A stretch of DNA of 64,000 bases from Parcubacteria group bacterium (GCA_016180525.1 JACPBB010000002.1:48824-112823); one strand, 5' to 3'. Counted from the first letter of the stretch, positions 27,484 through 36,834 are shown. Notes: generated from the letters alone by a model not told the origin. Translations and numbers: made by a program.

Positions 27484-28580
27484 ATCCATTCTTATTAAAT
27501 CTCCAAATACTTTCATCAATTTGGGACGTTATCAGTAAACAAGATTTTTATCTTGGTCCAACAGTTGAAAGATTTGACACGCTGCTTCGAGATTTTACTG
27601 GAAGCAAACACGCGCTCGGCGTCTCAAGCGGAACAGACGCTCTCATTTTGTCACTGAAAGCCCTCGGTGTCGGGCCTGGGGATGAGATTATTGTCCCAGC
27701 GATTAGTTTTTTCTCAACAGCAAGTGCTGTGTCCTGGGTTGGCGCACGTCCTGTTTTTGTTGATATAGATATAAAAACATATACAATAAATCCAAATTTG
27801 ATAGAGCGAGCAATTACCCAAAGAACAAAAGGAGTTATTCCTGTACACCTTAACGGCGGAGCGGCCGAAATGGAATCCATAATGACGCTCGCTAAAAAAC
27901 ATGGAATTTATGTAATCGTGGATGCGTCACAGTCCCTTGGGGTATATTATAAAAACCTTCCAATGAGCGCGTGGGGCGATTTAGTATGTCTTAGTTTTAG
28001 TTTTAACAAGAAAGAACTTGGCGGTTATGGTAATGCCGGAGCAGTTCTTACTAATAACAATGATATTTATAAAAAAATATCACTGTTTCGTGCATATGGA
28101 ACTTCATCAAAAAAAGAAATGTACTCAAACCATGTCGTAGCAAGCGGTTCTTATCGTATTGACTCATTGCAGGCAGCAATACTCAGCTGTAAAATTCCAT
28201 ACTGGAATGAATATATACGGCGACGCCGAGAAAAATATATTTTATACAAGAAATTACTTAAGAATGTTCCGCGCATTATCTTGCCCGATGAGGGGCAAAA
28301 TTGCCTACACAGCGGATATAGATTCATTTTTCTGACTCCGCACAGAGATGAATTAAGAAAGTTTTTACGACATTCTCAGATACGAAGTCCGAATTATTAT
28401 GATATTCCCTTACCATTTTTCCCTGCATTTAATTCACTCGAATATTCAAGCGGGGACTTTCCGGTTTCAGAAAAATTTGCACGTGAATCAATCAGTTTGC
28501 CGACCGACAATGCAGTAACAAAAAAAAGCGCGGAGTGGGTTATAAATTTAGTAAAGACATTTTTAGAAAAACAAAAATAA
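27480..28580 (+). CDS. DegT/DnrJ/EryC1/StrS PLP-dependent aminotransferase
   Basis: SSGTDAL, GVGPGDE+IVP, PVFVDID, IPVHL.G, DASQSLG, SF..NKKELGGYG.AGA, R+DS+QAA. Confidence 0.92.
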   Translation: MNPFLLNLQILSSIWDVISKQDFYLGPTVERFDTLLRDFTGSKHALGVSSGTDALILSLKALGVGPGDEIIVPAISFFSTASAVSWVGARPVFVDIDIKTYTINPNLIERAITQRTKGVIPVHLNGGAAEMESIMTLAKKHGIYVIVDASQSLGVYYKNLPMSAWGDLVCLSFSFNKKELGGYGNAGAVLTNNNDIYKKISLFRAYGTSSKKEMYSNHVVASGSYRIDSLQAAILSCKIPYWNEYIRRRREKYILYKKLLKNVPRIILPDEGQNCLHSGYRFIFLTPHRDELRKFLRHSQIRSPNYYDIPLPFFPAFNSLEYSSGDFPVSEKFARESISLPTDNAVTKKSAEWVINLVKTFLEKQK

Positions 28581-28604
28581 AAAATTCTTGTTTAATTCAT
28601 TTCT

Positions 28605-31600
28605 ATGGAAGAAAGGCTAAAAAAAATTATAAAAAGTGAAGTTTTCATAACCAAAAAGGAGGCGACAATTGTTTCACAACAGGGCAGGAAATTGGATTGG
28701 ATTTTTGATTTTAGAAGAATATTACTTGTTCCGGAATATATAGATTTAATAGCTGAGATTTTTTGGGAAAAATATAAAGATAAATATCCCTTTCAAGTAT
28801 GCGGTCTTGAGACTGCCGCCATTCCTCTTGTGACCGCTATTGTTATGAAAAGCGTTCAAAAAGAAAAGCCTATCAATGGATTTTTTATTAGAAAATCAAG
28901 AAAAAAATACGGGCTTACGCGATTGGTAGAGGGAAGTATAAATAAAGAAAAAATTATTATAGTTGATGATCTTATAAGTTATGGAGACGCTGTTAAAAAA
29001 CAAATACAAATCCTTGATGAATTAGGGAAAAAAGTTTCTGAAGTGTTTGTCATCATGCATTTTAAACAATTGAAATATTATGATTTTCTGAAAAACCGCG
29101 AAATTATTTTGACTTCTCTTTTCCCACTTACGGATTTTGGACCACCGTTTCAAAAAATAGCCTCTGATAAAAAATATCTCGGCGACGCATTCATCAGAAA
29201 GTGGTATTTCAAAAGTGAAAATCCAAATTATTTTTATGTTATCCCTAAATCAGCTCCTGCTATAGACGGAGATAAAATTTATTTTGGAAGCGATAGCGGA
29301 TATTTTTGGGCGCTTAATCAAAATGACGGCTCTGTCTCATGGAAATACAAAGTTGGCTTAGGCTCAAGAGGAAAAAGTGTGTTTTCTTCTCCGGCGGTTT
29401 ATGACAATACTGTCTATTTCGGAGCATATGATGGAAACGTTTACGCGCTTGACACAAAAACCGGAAAAAGAAAGTGGGTATTTATGGAAGCTGACTGGGT
29501 CGGCTCATCTCCAGCACTTGCGCCGGACTTAGGACTTCTTTTTATAGGTCTTCAATTCGGTCTGTGGAATAAAAAAGGGGGTATTGCCGCGCTTGATTTG
29601 AAAACGGGAGAGAAAAAATGGGAACATCTTACTTCAGAATACACACCCTGCTCTCCCACATATTCAAAAGAAAAAAAAATAGTTGCTATCGGTAGCAATG
29701 ACTCCGCAGTATATTTATGTGACGCAAAAAATGGAAAACTTTTGTGGAAATTCCAAACAAAGGGAGAAATAAAATCTTCTTTGGTTTTTGATGAAAAAAG
29801 AAATACAGTAATTTTTGGTAATTTTGAAGGGAAATTATATGTCGTTGATATCAAAACGGGGCATGAAGTATTTTCATATCAAGCAGAATTTGGTATATAT
29901 TCAACTCCCGTTATATATAAAGATAATATATATTTTTCGTCTTTAGATAAGCACCTATACAGCATAAATCTTGACACACAAAAACTTAATTGGAAATTTC
30001 AAACTGGCGGAAGAATTCTCGCTTCGCCTATTATTATTAATGATAAATTATATATTGGCTCAAATGATGAAAGATTATATGAAATAAATCTCGACACAGG
30101 AGAAATGCTTGCGTTTTTCCAAACAACAGAGCGCATTACAAACAAAATCGCATACAACAAAGGAACAAAACAATTTTTTCTTTCAACGTTCGCAAACGAA
30201 ATATATTGTTTGAAGAGAATACAAAAAAATGATAAGAAATATGTTCAATTCAAACTACCCTCTTTGCCTACTGTGGAGGCATTCGATAAAAACGAAAAAG
30301 AATTTGCACTTGCGTTAAGCAGAAAAACGCTTGCATTATTTTTGCATGCAAAAAACAAAAACAACAAACTAGATCGTAATATACAAATACCTCAAAAACT
30401 TCTTAGCAAATCTTTTGTTGGTGTAAGTTTTTGGATGTATGGTTCTTTGCGAGGGTGCCAAATTGTTCGCGGCAAAAAAATATACGATGCAATAATAGAA
30501 GCAACAAAAAGAGCCGCGCAAGATATGAGATTTAAATCGCTTAACATAATTGATCTGGATGTCATTAGAATCCAAATATCTATAATTTCTAATAAGTGGG
30601 ATGAAATAGACAAAAAGAGAATAAAAAATTTAGAAATTAATCCTATGGCTGGTTATTTTTTAAGCAGCAAAGAAGGTATTGGTTGGTTTTTGCCTGAAGT
30701 TTTTAACATTGTTCCGTTTGCAAACATGGAACAACTAGTGTTCCAATTGGCAATCAAAAAGGCAAAAATTTCTCCAGAATTGCTTGCCGACAAGGAGACT
30801 ACAATATATTCTTTCAGCACCGATGATTTTATGGAGGGGAAAAACGGCAACATATTAGATCTAGAGGGCCCAATAGTAAAAACAGAAATAGAAACAACAG
30901 AGAAAAAAGTAGTTGGGGCGGCGAAGAGAGCCGCCGATTGGATGTTGCCGCTTATGGATAAAGACGGAGGGCTTGTCACAATACTAAACCCCTACGGAAA
31001 AATAATTAGTCATTATGATTGGGCAAGAACAATTTTCTCTGGGTGGGTCCTTGCAGAGTTCGGAAGAATGTTTAATCAAGAATCACATATACAAGCGGCA
31101 AGAAACAATTTTGAATATAATAAAAAAAATATTTTTGACGATTCTGTTCACATTAAAAATAAGCTTCTCGTTTTATCATATCTTGGACAGCAAGCGCTGT
31201 CATTAAGTTATTTGCCTGAGGCGCTATTGTGCGCTGATGCCATCGTCACACAATTGCAAAACGAGCCTTTTCACCCACTAACTTTCTCTCAAATAGGAAG
31301 TTTTTTGGGAACAATGGCTCTTCGTGGCAATAAAAAATATTTGAATTATGCCCTCCAATGCGCAACCGCGGTAAAAAACTCCTTCGATGAACGAGGGACG
31401 AACGGTATACCAAGAAGTATTGCCGAATATGCTGAACTTGTAAATACATTGAGCATTCTTTACGGGTGCACAGGAGAGAAAAAACATGCTGATGCTTCAA
31501 AAGAAATGGCTTTGTGGATTTTAAAAAATCAATTAGAAAGCGGCGCTTTTAAAAATACAGAGAGTTCTAATTTTTCATATACGCGAGGCACAAGCAAGGC

Positions 31601-31853
31601 AGTGGAAGTTCTTTCGTTATTTAATCCGTCATCTTTTCCGCAAGTGAAGCAGGAAAATTATAGAAATCAAGTATTGAGAGCTTTCAAATGGCTTCTTTCA
31701 ATGCAATATAACGAACTAAATTCATTTTTTATTGACTCTCAAGAAGTTAAAAAATACCTTGGAGGATTTAGGCATGATTATTTAAACACCGAAGCGTGGA
31801 TAGACTCGGCAGCGCATTTTATTTTAGCAATCACTAGATTTTATAAACCATGA
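28605..31853 (+). CDS. Multidomain protein: PyrE-like phosphoribosyltransferase + PQQ-type beta-propeller + AMMECR1-like + alpha-helical toroid
   Basis: GLETAAIPL...IRKSRKKYG...IIVDDLISYG; repeated SSP...YFG..DG..YAL...TG..KW; VSF...G.LRGC...A..D.RF; C-terminal Q...G.F helical repeats. Confidence 0.78.
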   Translation: MEERLKKIIKSEVFITKKEATIVSQQGRKLDWIFDFRRILLVPEYIDLIAEIFWEKYKDKYPFQVCGLETAAIPLVTAIVMKSVQKEKPINGFFIRKSRKKYGLTRLVEGSINKEKIIIVDDLISYGDAVKKQIQILDELGKKVSEVFVIMHFKQLKYYDFLKNREIILTSLFPLTDFGPPFQKIASDKKYLGDAFIRKWYFKSENPNYFYVIPKSAPAIDGDKIYFGSDSGYFWALNQNDGSVSWKYKVGLGSRGKSVFSSPAVYDNTVYFGAYDGNVYALDTKTGKRKWVFMEADWVGSSPALAPDLGLLFIGLQFGLWNKKGGIAALDLKTGEKKWEHLTSEYTPCSPTYSKEKKIVAIGSNDSAVYLCDAKNGKLLWKFQTKGEIKSSLVFDEKRNTVIFGNFEGKLYVVDIKTGHEVFSYQAEFGIYSTPVIYKDNIYFSSLDKHLYSINLDTQKLNWKFQTGGRILASPIIINDKLYIGSNDERLYEINLDTGEMLAFFQTTERITNKIAYNKGTKQFFLSTFANEIYCLKRIQKNDKKYVQFKLPSLPTVEAFDKNEKEFALALSRKTLALFLHAKNKNNKLDRNIQIPQKLLSKSFVGVSFWMYGSLRGCQIVRGKKIYDAIIEATKRAAQDMRFKSLNIIDLDVIRIQISIISNKWDEIDKKRIKNLEINPMAGYFLSSKEGIGWFLPEVFNIVPFANMEQLVFQLAIKKAKISPELLADKETTIYSFSTDDFMEGKNGNILDLEGPIVKTEIETTEKKVVGAAKRAADWMLPLMDKDGGLVTILNPYGKIISHYDWARTIFSGWVLAEFGRMFNQESHIQAARNNFEYNKKNIFDDSVHIKNKLLVLSYLGQQALSLSYLPEALLCADAIVTQLQNEPFHPLTFSQIGSFLGTMALRGNKKYLNYALQCATAVKNSFDERGTNGIPRSIAEYAELVNTLSILYGCTGEKKHADASKEMALWILKNQLESGAFKNTESSNFSYTRGTSKAVEVLSLFNPSSFPQVKQENYRNQVLRAFKWLLSMQYNELNSFFIDSQEVKKYLGGFRHDYLNTEAWIDSAAHFILAITRFYKP

Positions 31854-32596
31854 GCAGTAAACAAGAAACAATTGAGCAAATACGAAAAAAATTGGACTCT
31901 CTGTCTGTTCCAAAAAAAGAGTTGGAGCGCCTCTATGCCATGCTGGACATTTCATTGCTCCCTGTGGCTCAACAACCAAAACGGCCCGCCTTACAAGTGC
32001 CACATTACTTATATATGCCTGGACTTAAGGCGCGACCATTTCATGATAAAGGTCAATTTGCTTTTGTGACACATTTGGAAAATGCTTATGCAGACATTAA
32101 AAGAGAATTTGATTTAGTGAATAAACAAGAATTGGTACAAGAGCATCGAGAAACAAAGCAAAATGTTATCCGCGGCGCGTGGGGTGAGTTCAATATTTAT
32201 AATTTAGGCAAACGTTCCGCTTTGAGCGCACTGGCTCCCCGTACCCTTGAGGTTCTACAAACCATTCCTGGTACAACTGAGATGGGCTTTGTTTATTTTT
32301 CGGTCTTATACCCAAAAACTTTTCTTCGCGCACACTTTGCTCCTTTTAATTTTAGATTAAGAATTCACCTACCCTTATATGTACCCCCTATGTGCGGAAT
32401 GCAAGTGGCATGGGAAGAGTATGCGTGGCAAGAAGGTATCTGTGTTGTTTTTGATGACTCTTTTCAGCATGCGGCGTGGAATAAGAGTAATTTAATACGC
32501 GTGGTGCTCCTCGTAGATTTTTGGCACCCTGATGTAACAAAAATTGAGCGTCAAGCGCTTTCTGAAATTTTAAAATCTAAAATTTTAAAGTTTTGA
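31850..32596 (+). CDS. Aspartyl/asparaginyl beta-hydroxylase family (Fe/2OG)
   Basis: FS.L.P....AH..P.N.RLR.HLPL.VP, W.EG...VFDDSF.H.AWN....RVVL+VD.WHP. Confidence 0.92.
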   Translation: MSSKQETIEQIRKKLDSLSVPKKELERLYAMLDISLLPVAQQPKRPALQVPHYLYMPGLKARPFHDKGQFAFVTHLENAYADIKREFDLVNKQELVQEHRETKQNVIRGAWGEFNIYNLGKRSALSALAPRTLEVLQTIPGTTEMGFVYFSVLYPKTFLRAHFAPFNFRLRIHLPLYVPPMCGMQVAWEEYAWQEGICVVFDDSFQHAAWNKSNLIRVVLLVDFWHPDVTKIERQALSEILKSKILKF

Positions 32597-32762
32597 AGAG
32601 ACCTAAATTTATAGATGTGTTTTAATTAATACGTGTGGTGTACGCCATTGGTCTAAAATAAAGGGGCAATATTCGCTTCCATGGTTGAGATTCGCTCATC
32701 TCGAACACGAAATATGCCATTATATTAAGGATAATTTGACTCTGAAAAAATTACGAAAGTAC

Positions 32763-32790
32763 TTGACAAAAGTTTAAATATGTGTATAAT
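32763..32790 (+). promoter_or_regulatory. Sigma70 promoter
   Basis: TTGACA-16 nt-TATAAT. Confidence 0.65.
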
Positions 32791-32845
32791 ATAAATAGTT
32801 TACTGACTTCTGTGTTTAACCCGAGCTCCCGAAAGGAAAAGCGCC

Positions 32846-33277
32846 ATGCACTCGTTTTTCAAGACACTGATCGCCTCAGCGGCGATCGCTCTCTTCGCCT
32901 TCATCGGCGGCTACACGATGAATGCAGTCGCCAGCACCATGGACGAGACTGCCTTCAAACAGGTTCTGGTCAACAGCTCCCCATACCATGCCAAATGGGA
33001 GACCCCGTGGGCAAGCGGTACCCAGGACATGAGCTTCGCTCTGGACGCCAACGGCAATCTTACCGGCAAGCTCTTCAACCTGAGCAACGCCGGCAGGGAC
33101 GCAACGCTCAAGAACATCGTCATCGAGGGCAACCGAGTTCGTTTCGTCTCGGCCGATACCGGGTCGCAGTTCAAGTACGAACTCAACAAAGACGGTACCC
33201 TCTCAGGCACAATCGAGGGTACGGGCCCCCGCGGGAGCTGGACGGCAAGCGTGAAGGCCGTTCCTGACAAACACTAA
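32846..33277 (+). CDS. Secreted small beta-barrel-like protein
   Basis: Signal peptide ending AVA; beta-rich; GC-rich codons; similar to the C-terminus of 20605-22251. Confidence 0.8.
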   Translation: MHSFFKTLIASAAIALFAFIGGYTMNAVASTMDETAFKQVLVNSSPYHAKWETPWASGTQDMSFALDANGNLTGKLFNLSNAGRDATLKNIVIEGNRVRFVSADTGSQFKYELNKDGTLSGTIEGTGPRGSWTASVKAVPDKH

Positions 33278-33298
33278 CACGTCGCCAGCACCCTCACC

Positions 33299-33332
33299 TC
33301 GCCCCGACCTGAAAAGGCCGGGGCGACTTTTT
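33299..33332 (+). terminator. Intrinsic terminator
   Basis: TCGCCCCGACC-TGAAA-AGGCCGGGGCGACTTTTT. Confidence 0.7.
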
Positions 33333-33747
33333 ATATATTAGGATGACTCAAAAACCGCTCTTCTAAATCTGATGTCATGATGCGGCAGGTGTTTACTTTA
33401 CCAAAAAGTCGCGAGCGGGTTTTGCTTATAATAAAGTAGCCGATGTTTCGTATAAATGGCGGTATAAAAATAAGCGTGTAATAAAGAAGCGGCCACGGCC
33501 ATGAAAGACCTTTTGCGATACGAAGCGCCGCGGTTGACGCCAAATAGCATTTCTCTCCTGTTATCAAATACATCGCCGTTACATTGTCCGGGTCTCCGCC
33601 GCATTTCTGTATCAATGTTTTACCCACTTCGCTTTGAATTGAAGCAAATTTAAATTTTTTCTTCGGGTCACGATCAATAATAAACGTAACCGACTTATCG
33701 CAGAGATTGCACTCGCCGTCAAAGAGTATGATTGAATAATTCTGCAT
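33331..33747 (-). CDS. DCC family (DUF393) thiol-disulfide oxidoreductase
   Basis: FDGECNLC, D....FKFASIQS, STAALRI, P.FIRN..Y....R..LFG...C. Confidence 0.92.
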   Translation of the reverse strand: MQNYSIILFDGECNLCDKSVTFIIDRDPKKKFKFASIQSEVGKTLIQKCGGDPDNVTAMYLITGEKCYLASTAALRIAKGLSWPWPLLYYTLIFIPPFIRNIGYFIISKTRSRLFGKVNTCRIMTSDLEERFLSHPNI

Positions 33748-33897
33748 TCTGTATATTATACAATAAACAGACGTGGTGTATTCAAATAATAAAGGTTCCT
33801 CGCTCTAAGAGCATTAGATATTGAACCTATATTTCGCCTTCGCTCGGACGAAGTGAAAATTCTTATTTTTACTTCGCTCCTCGTTAGCCGAAATAAC

Positions 33898-33969
33898 GCG
33901 CCCATCGTTCAACGGATAGGACATAAGATTGCGGATCTTAAAATCGAGGTTCGATTCCTCGTGGGCGCA
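33898..33969 (+). tRNA. tRNA-Arg(GCG)
   Basis: GCGCCCA...TGGGCGC-A, anticodon arm TAAGA-TTGCGGA-TCTTA. Confidence 0.92.
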
Positions 33970-33970
33970 T

Positions 33971-34129
33971 TAGCACGAAGTGATAATCTTCCGCGAGGAA
34001 TTGAATGCGAGGGGGGTCGGAGAAACTGTAGTTTCCCCGTTGAGGAAGGCAACGAGGAGCACGGCGATGAGTGTTAGAAAACCGTGGGTTTCCAAGGAGT
34101 AAGATAGCGAAGCGTCCTCGTGGGCGCAT
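33971..34129 (+). mobile_element. tRNA-Arg-anchored small structured element bounded by a 15 bp duplicate of the tRNA 3' end
   Basis: TCCTCGTGGGCGCAT at 33956-33970 and 34115-34129; core homologous to the element behind tRNA-Leu. Confidence 0.65.
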
Positions 34130-34135
34130 CACCGT

Positions 34136-34176
34136 AAAACAGCCCCCTCCGGTGTACACCGGAGGGGGCTGTTTTT
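34136..34176. terminator. Bidirectional terminator
   Basis: AAAACAGCCCCCTCCGGTG-TA-CACCGGAGGGGGCTGTTTTT. Confidence 0.85.
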
Positions 34177-34182
34177 GGATTT

Positions 34183-34446
34183 TTATGTTTTTTTATTCAC
34201 TAGAATAGTTAGGCGGGATTTTTTGCGAGCAGCAGTGTTTTTCTTTATGACTCCCCGCTTCGCTGCCTTATCTATCGCGGCGTATGCTTTCGGCAAGAGA
34301 GTCTTCGCTTCAGATAATTTTTTTGCCACAATCAAATCTCGCACCTCCTTAATCGTGGAGCGCATGTGCCGCCTGCGGCGGTCGTTAAATACCTTTTTTT
34401 GCTTAGATACGCGAAGCGCCTTTTTTGCTGATGATGTTATTGGCAT
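34183..34446 (-). CDS. rpsT: 30S ribosomal protein S20
   Basis: MP...SAKKALR, IDKAAK.GVIKKN.AARKKSRL. Confidence 0.97.
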   Translation of the reverse strand: MPITSSAKKALRVSKQKKVFNDRRRRHMRSTIKEVRDLIVAKKLSEAKTLLPKAYAAIDKAAKRGVIKKNTAARKKSRLTILVNKKT

Positions 34447-34593
34447 AGTTAAGGGTTTAGGGTCTAGCGTTTAGTTTATTTTTTTATTATTTCTGAACCT
34501 TGAACGCTAAACGCTTTCATTCAACATAATTACAATAGCCTAACAAAACAGAGCAACTTCTGCAAGGCCCCCTAATGCGCTATGATGTATATA

Positions 34594-35166
34594 ATGATTG
34601 CTCAAATTACAGGAATTGTCGTCCATAAAACACCCGGGGCATTTATCGTTGATACAAACGGGGTCGGGTACAAAATACATACCCCTCGGGATATTTTGCA
34701 AAAAACAAAACTCAAAGAGAAAATAACACTTCTGACACATTTAGCGGTGCGTGAAGACAGTATGGATTTGTACGGTTTTGGAGACAAAGCGGGGCTGGAG
34801 CTGTTTGAAAAACTCATTACGGTCTCTGGCATCGGCCCAAAGTCAGCTCTCGCAATACTAAATCTTGCCCCCGTCTCAAAACTGATACAAGCAATTTCCA
34901 CAGGAGACGCAAGTTACCTTACGAAAGTCTCCGGGATCGGAAAAAAGAGTGCCGCAAAAATTATTCTTGAATTAAAAGATTCTGTAGGAGAAGGCTCTGG
35001 GGAAATAAGCGGAGATAGTTTGCGAGGAGAAAAAGATTCGCTTGAAGCACTTATATCGCTTGGATACGGCGCTGCAGAAGCACGAGAGGCTCTCCAAAAA
35101 ATTAAAAACAAAAATGCAAACACAGGAGAGACGATTAAAGAAGCTTTACAGATTCTCTCCCGCTAA
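34594..35166 (+). CDS. ruvA: Holliday junction branch migration protein RuvA
   Basis: GVGY, VRED..LYGF, VSGIGPK.AL, GIGKK.A.+I+LELKD, AL.SLGY. Confidence 0.96.
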   Translation: MIAQITGIVVHKTPGAFIVDTNGVGYKIHTPRDILQKTKLKEKITLLTHLAVREDSMDLYGFGDKAGLELFEKLITVSGIGPKSALAILNLAPVSKLIQAISTGDASYLTKVSGIGKKSAAKIILELKDSVGEGSGEISGDSLRGEKDSLEALISLGYGAAEAREALQKIKNKNANTGETIKEALQILSR

Positions 35167-35219
35167 AAAATGTAAATTTAATTTTTTAAAACATATATTT
35201 GAAATCTGAAATAAAGATT

Positions 35220-36491
35220 ATGGAACGCTTTCTTTTTTATTTAAAAAAATTCATTCCGAAAAAAATATTTTCTGCGTTTCAGCCGGCGTATCATTACACA
35301 CTTGCGCTCCTTGGGGCTATTTTTTTTAGATTCCCATCCAGAAATATATTTGTAATTGCCGTTACAGGCACGAAAGGGAAAACTACGACTATTGAGCTTT
35401 TAAACGCAATGCTTGAAGGAGCAGGCTATAAAACCGCGCTCTCAAATTCTTTACGCTTTAAAATAGGAAAGGAGTCTATGGACAACACCTTCAAAATGAC
35501 AATGCCGGGGCGTTTTTTTATGCATGCGTTTTTACGAAAAGCCGTAAGGAACGGCTGCGCGTACGCGATTATAGAAATTACTTCGGAGGGTGTAAAATTA
35601 TTTAGAAATCAGTTTATTGCTTTAAATACCCTTATATTTACCAATCTGGCTCCGGAGCACATAGAATCGCATGGTTCGTACGAAAAATATAGAGATGCGA
35701 AAGTAAGCATTGCAGAATCTTTAAAAACCTCGCGAAAAAAAAGAAAATTTATCATTGTGAACGGAGACGATAAAGAAGCAGGACGTTTTCTCTCTTTGCA
35801 TATCAAAGAAAAATATTCCTATTCGCTTAAAGACGCCGAACCGTATGAACTTCATAAAGAAACTCTTTCTCTAACCTTATACGGAGAGCGCGTGCAGTCT
35901 CGCCTTTCCGGAGTTTTTAATATATATAACATTCTTGCCGCGGCAGCATGCGCAAAAAATCTCGGTATAAGCAATGAGGTAATTAAAAATACCGTTCACA
36001 CGTTTTCCGGAGTTCCCGGAAGGATGGAATATGTTGACGAAGGCCAGGATTTTACGGTACTCGTTGATTATGCTCACACACCCGATTCGCTAGAAAAAGT
36101 ATATGAAACATTTCCACACACTCAAAAAATTTGTGTCTTAGGAGCCGCCGGTGGTGGAAGAGACGTGTGGAAACGAAAAGAGCTCGGAGCCATAGCGAAT
36201 ACGCATTGTTCAAAAATTATTCTTACGAATGAGGACCCATATGATGAAAATCCCCTTGAAATAGTGCACAATGTAGAAGAGGGCATAGGACGAGATATAG
36301 CACAGACTATCATGGATAGACGAGGGGCCATACTAGAGGCTCTTAAAAGCGCAAAAACGGGCGATGCGGTTATAATTACAGGCAAAGGGAGTGAGCCGTA
36401 CATTATGGGGCCAGAGGGAAGTAAACTGCCGTGGAGTGATGTTGCGGTGGTAAGAGAGGAGTTGAGAAAAATAAGGAGTGAACAAAAGTGA
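35220..36491 (+). CDS. murE: UDP-MurNAc-tripeptide synthetase (MurE-type Mur ligase)
   Basis: VTGTKGKTT, E+TSEG, FTNL.PEH+E.H, VPGRME, VDYAHTPDSL, NEDPY.E, TGKG.E. Confidence 0.9.
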   Translation: MERFLFYLKKFIPKKIFSAFQPAYHYTLALLGAIFFRFPSRNIFVIAVTGTKGKTTTIELLNAMLEGAGYKTALSNSLRFKIGKESMDNTFKMTMPGRFFMHAFLRKAVRNGCAYAIIEITSEGVKLFRNQFIALNTLIFTNLAPEHIESHGSYEKYRDAKVSIAESLKTSRKKRKFIIVNGDDKEAGRFLSLHIKEKYSYSLKDAEPYELHKETLSLTLYGERVQSRLSGVFNIYNILAAAACAKNLGISNEVIKNTVHTFSGVPGRMEYVDEGQDFTVLVDYAHTPDSLEKVYETFPHTQKICVLGAAGGGRDVWKRKELGAIANTHCSKIILTNEDPYDENPLEIVHNVEEGIGRDIAQTIMDRRGAILEALKSAKTGDAVIITGKGSEPYIMGPEGSKLPWSDVAVVREELRKIRSEQK

Positions 36492-36539
36492 GCGACTGTA
36501 TTTTTCCAACCCTGTTAAATGATTTTAAATTTTTTGTCT

Positions 36540-36797
36540 ATGTGGTATTACGTATATATACTTCGTTCATTAAAGGATAAAAAATTTTATATAGGATATA
36601 CTACTAATTTAAAATCACGATTTGAGGCACATTCAAAAGGGCATGTAGAGTCAACAAAGAAAAGAGGTCAACTAAAAATTGTATATTCCGAAGCGTGCCT
36701 CAATAAAAAAGACGCGTTGCATCGTGAAAAATATTTTAAAACACATCATGGTAAACAATTTTTATATAAACGCCTCAAATCGTATTTAACAGGGTGA
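36540..36797 (+). CDS. GIY-YIG nuclease family protein
   Basis: YVYIL.S.....YIG.T.NL..R...H..G...STK....YSE......A..RE. Confidence 0.9.
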   Translation: MWYYVYILRSLKDKKFYIGYTTNLKSRFEAHSKGHVESTKKRGQLKIVYSEACLNKKDALHREKYFKTHHGKQFLYKRLKSYLTG

Positions 36798-36834
36798 TGA
36801 TTTTAATAGTCATTTCATTCCTTAAAAATCTATC

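Noticed and set aside
32782-33267. 161-aa Arg-rich ORF
   Set aside because: Alternative frame of 32846-33277; it starts inside the promoter.
36540-36797. GIY-YIG gene as a homing endonuclease of an intron
   Set aside because: Stand-alone ~85-aa type between intact genes; no interrupted host gene or intron structure seen.
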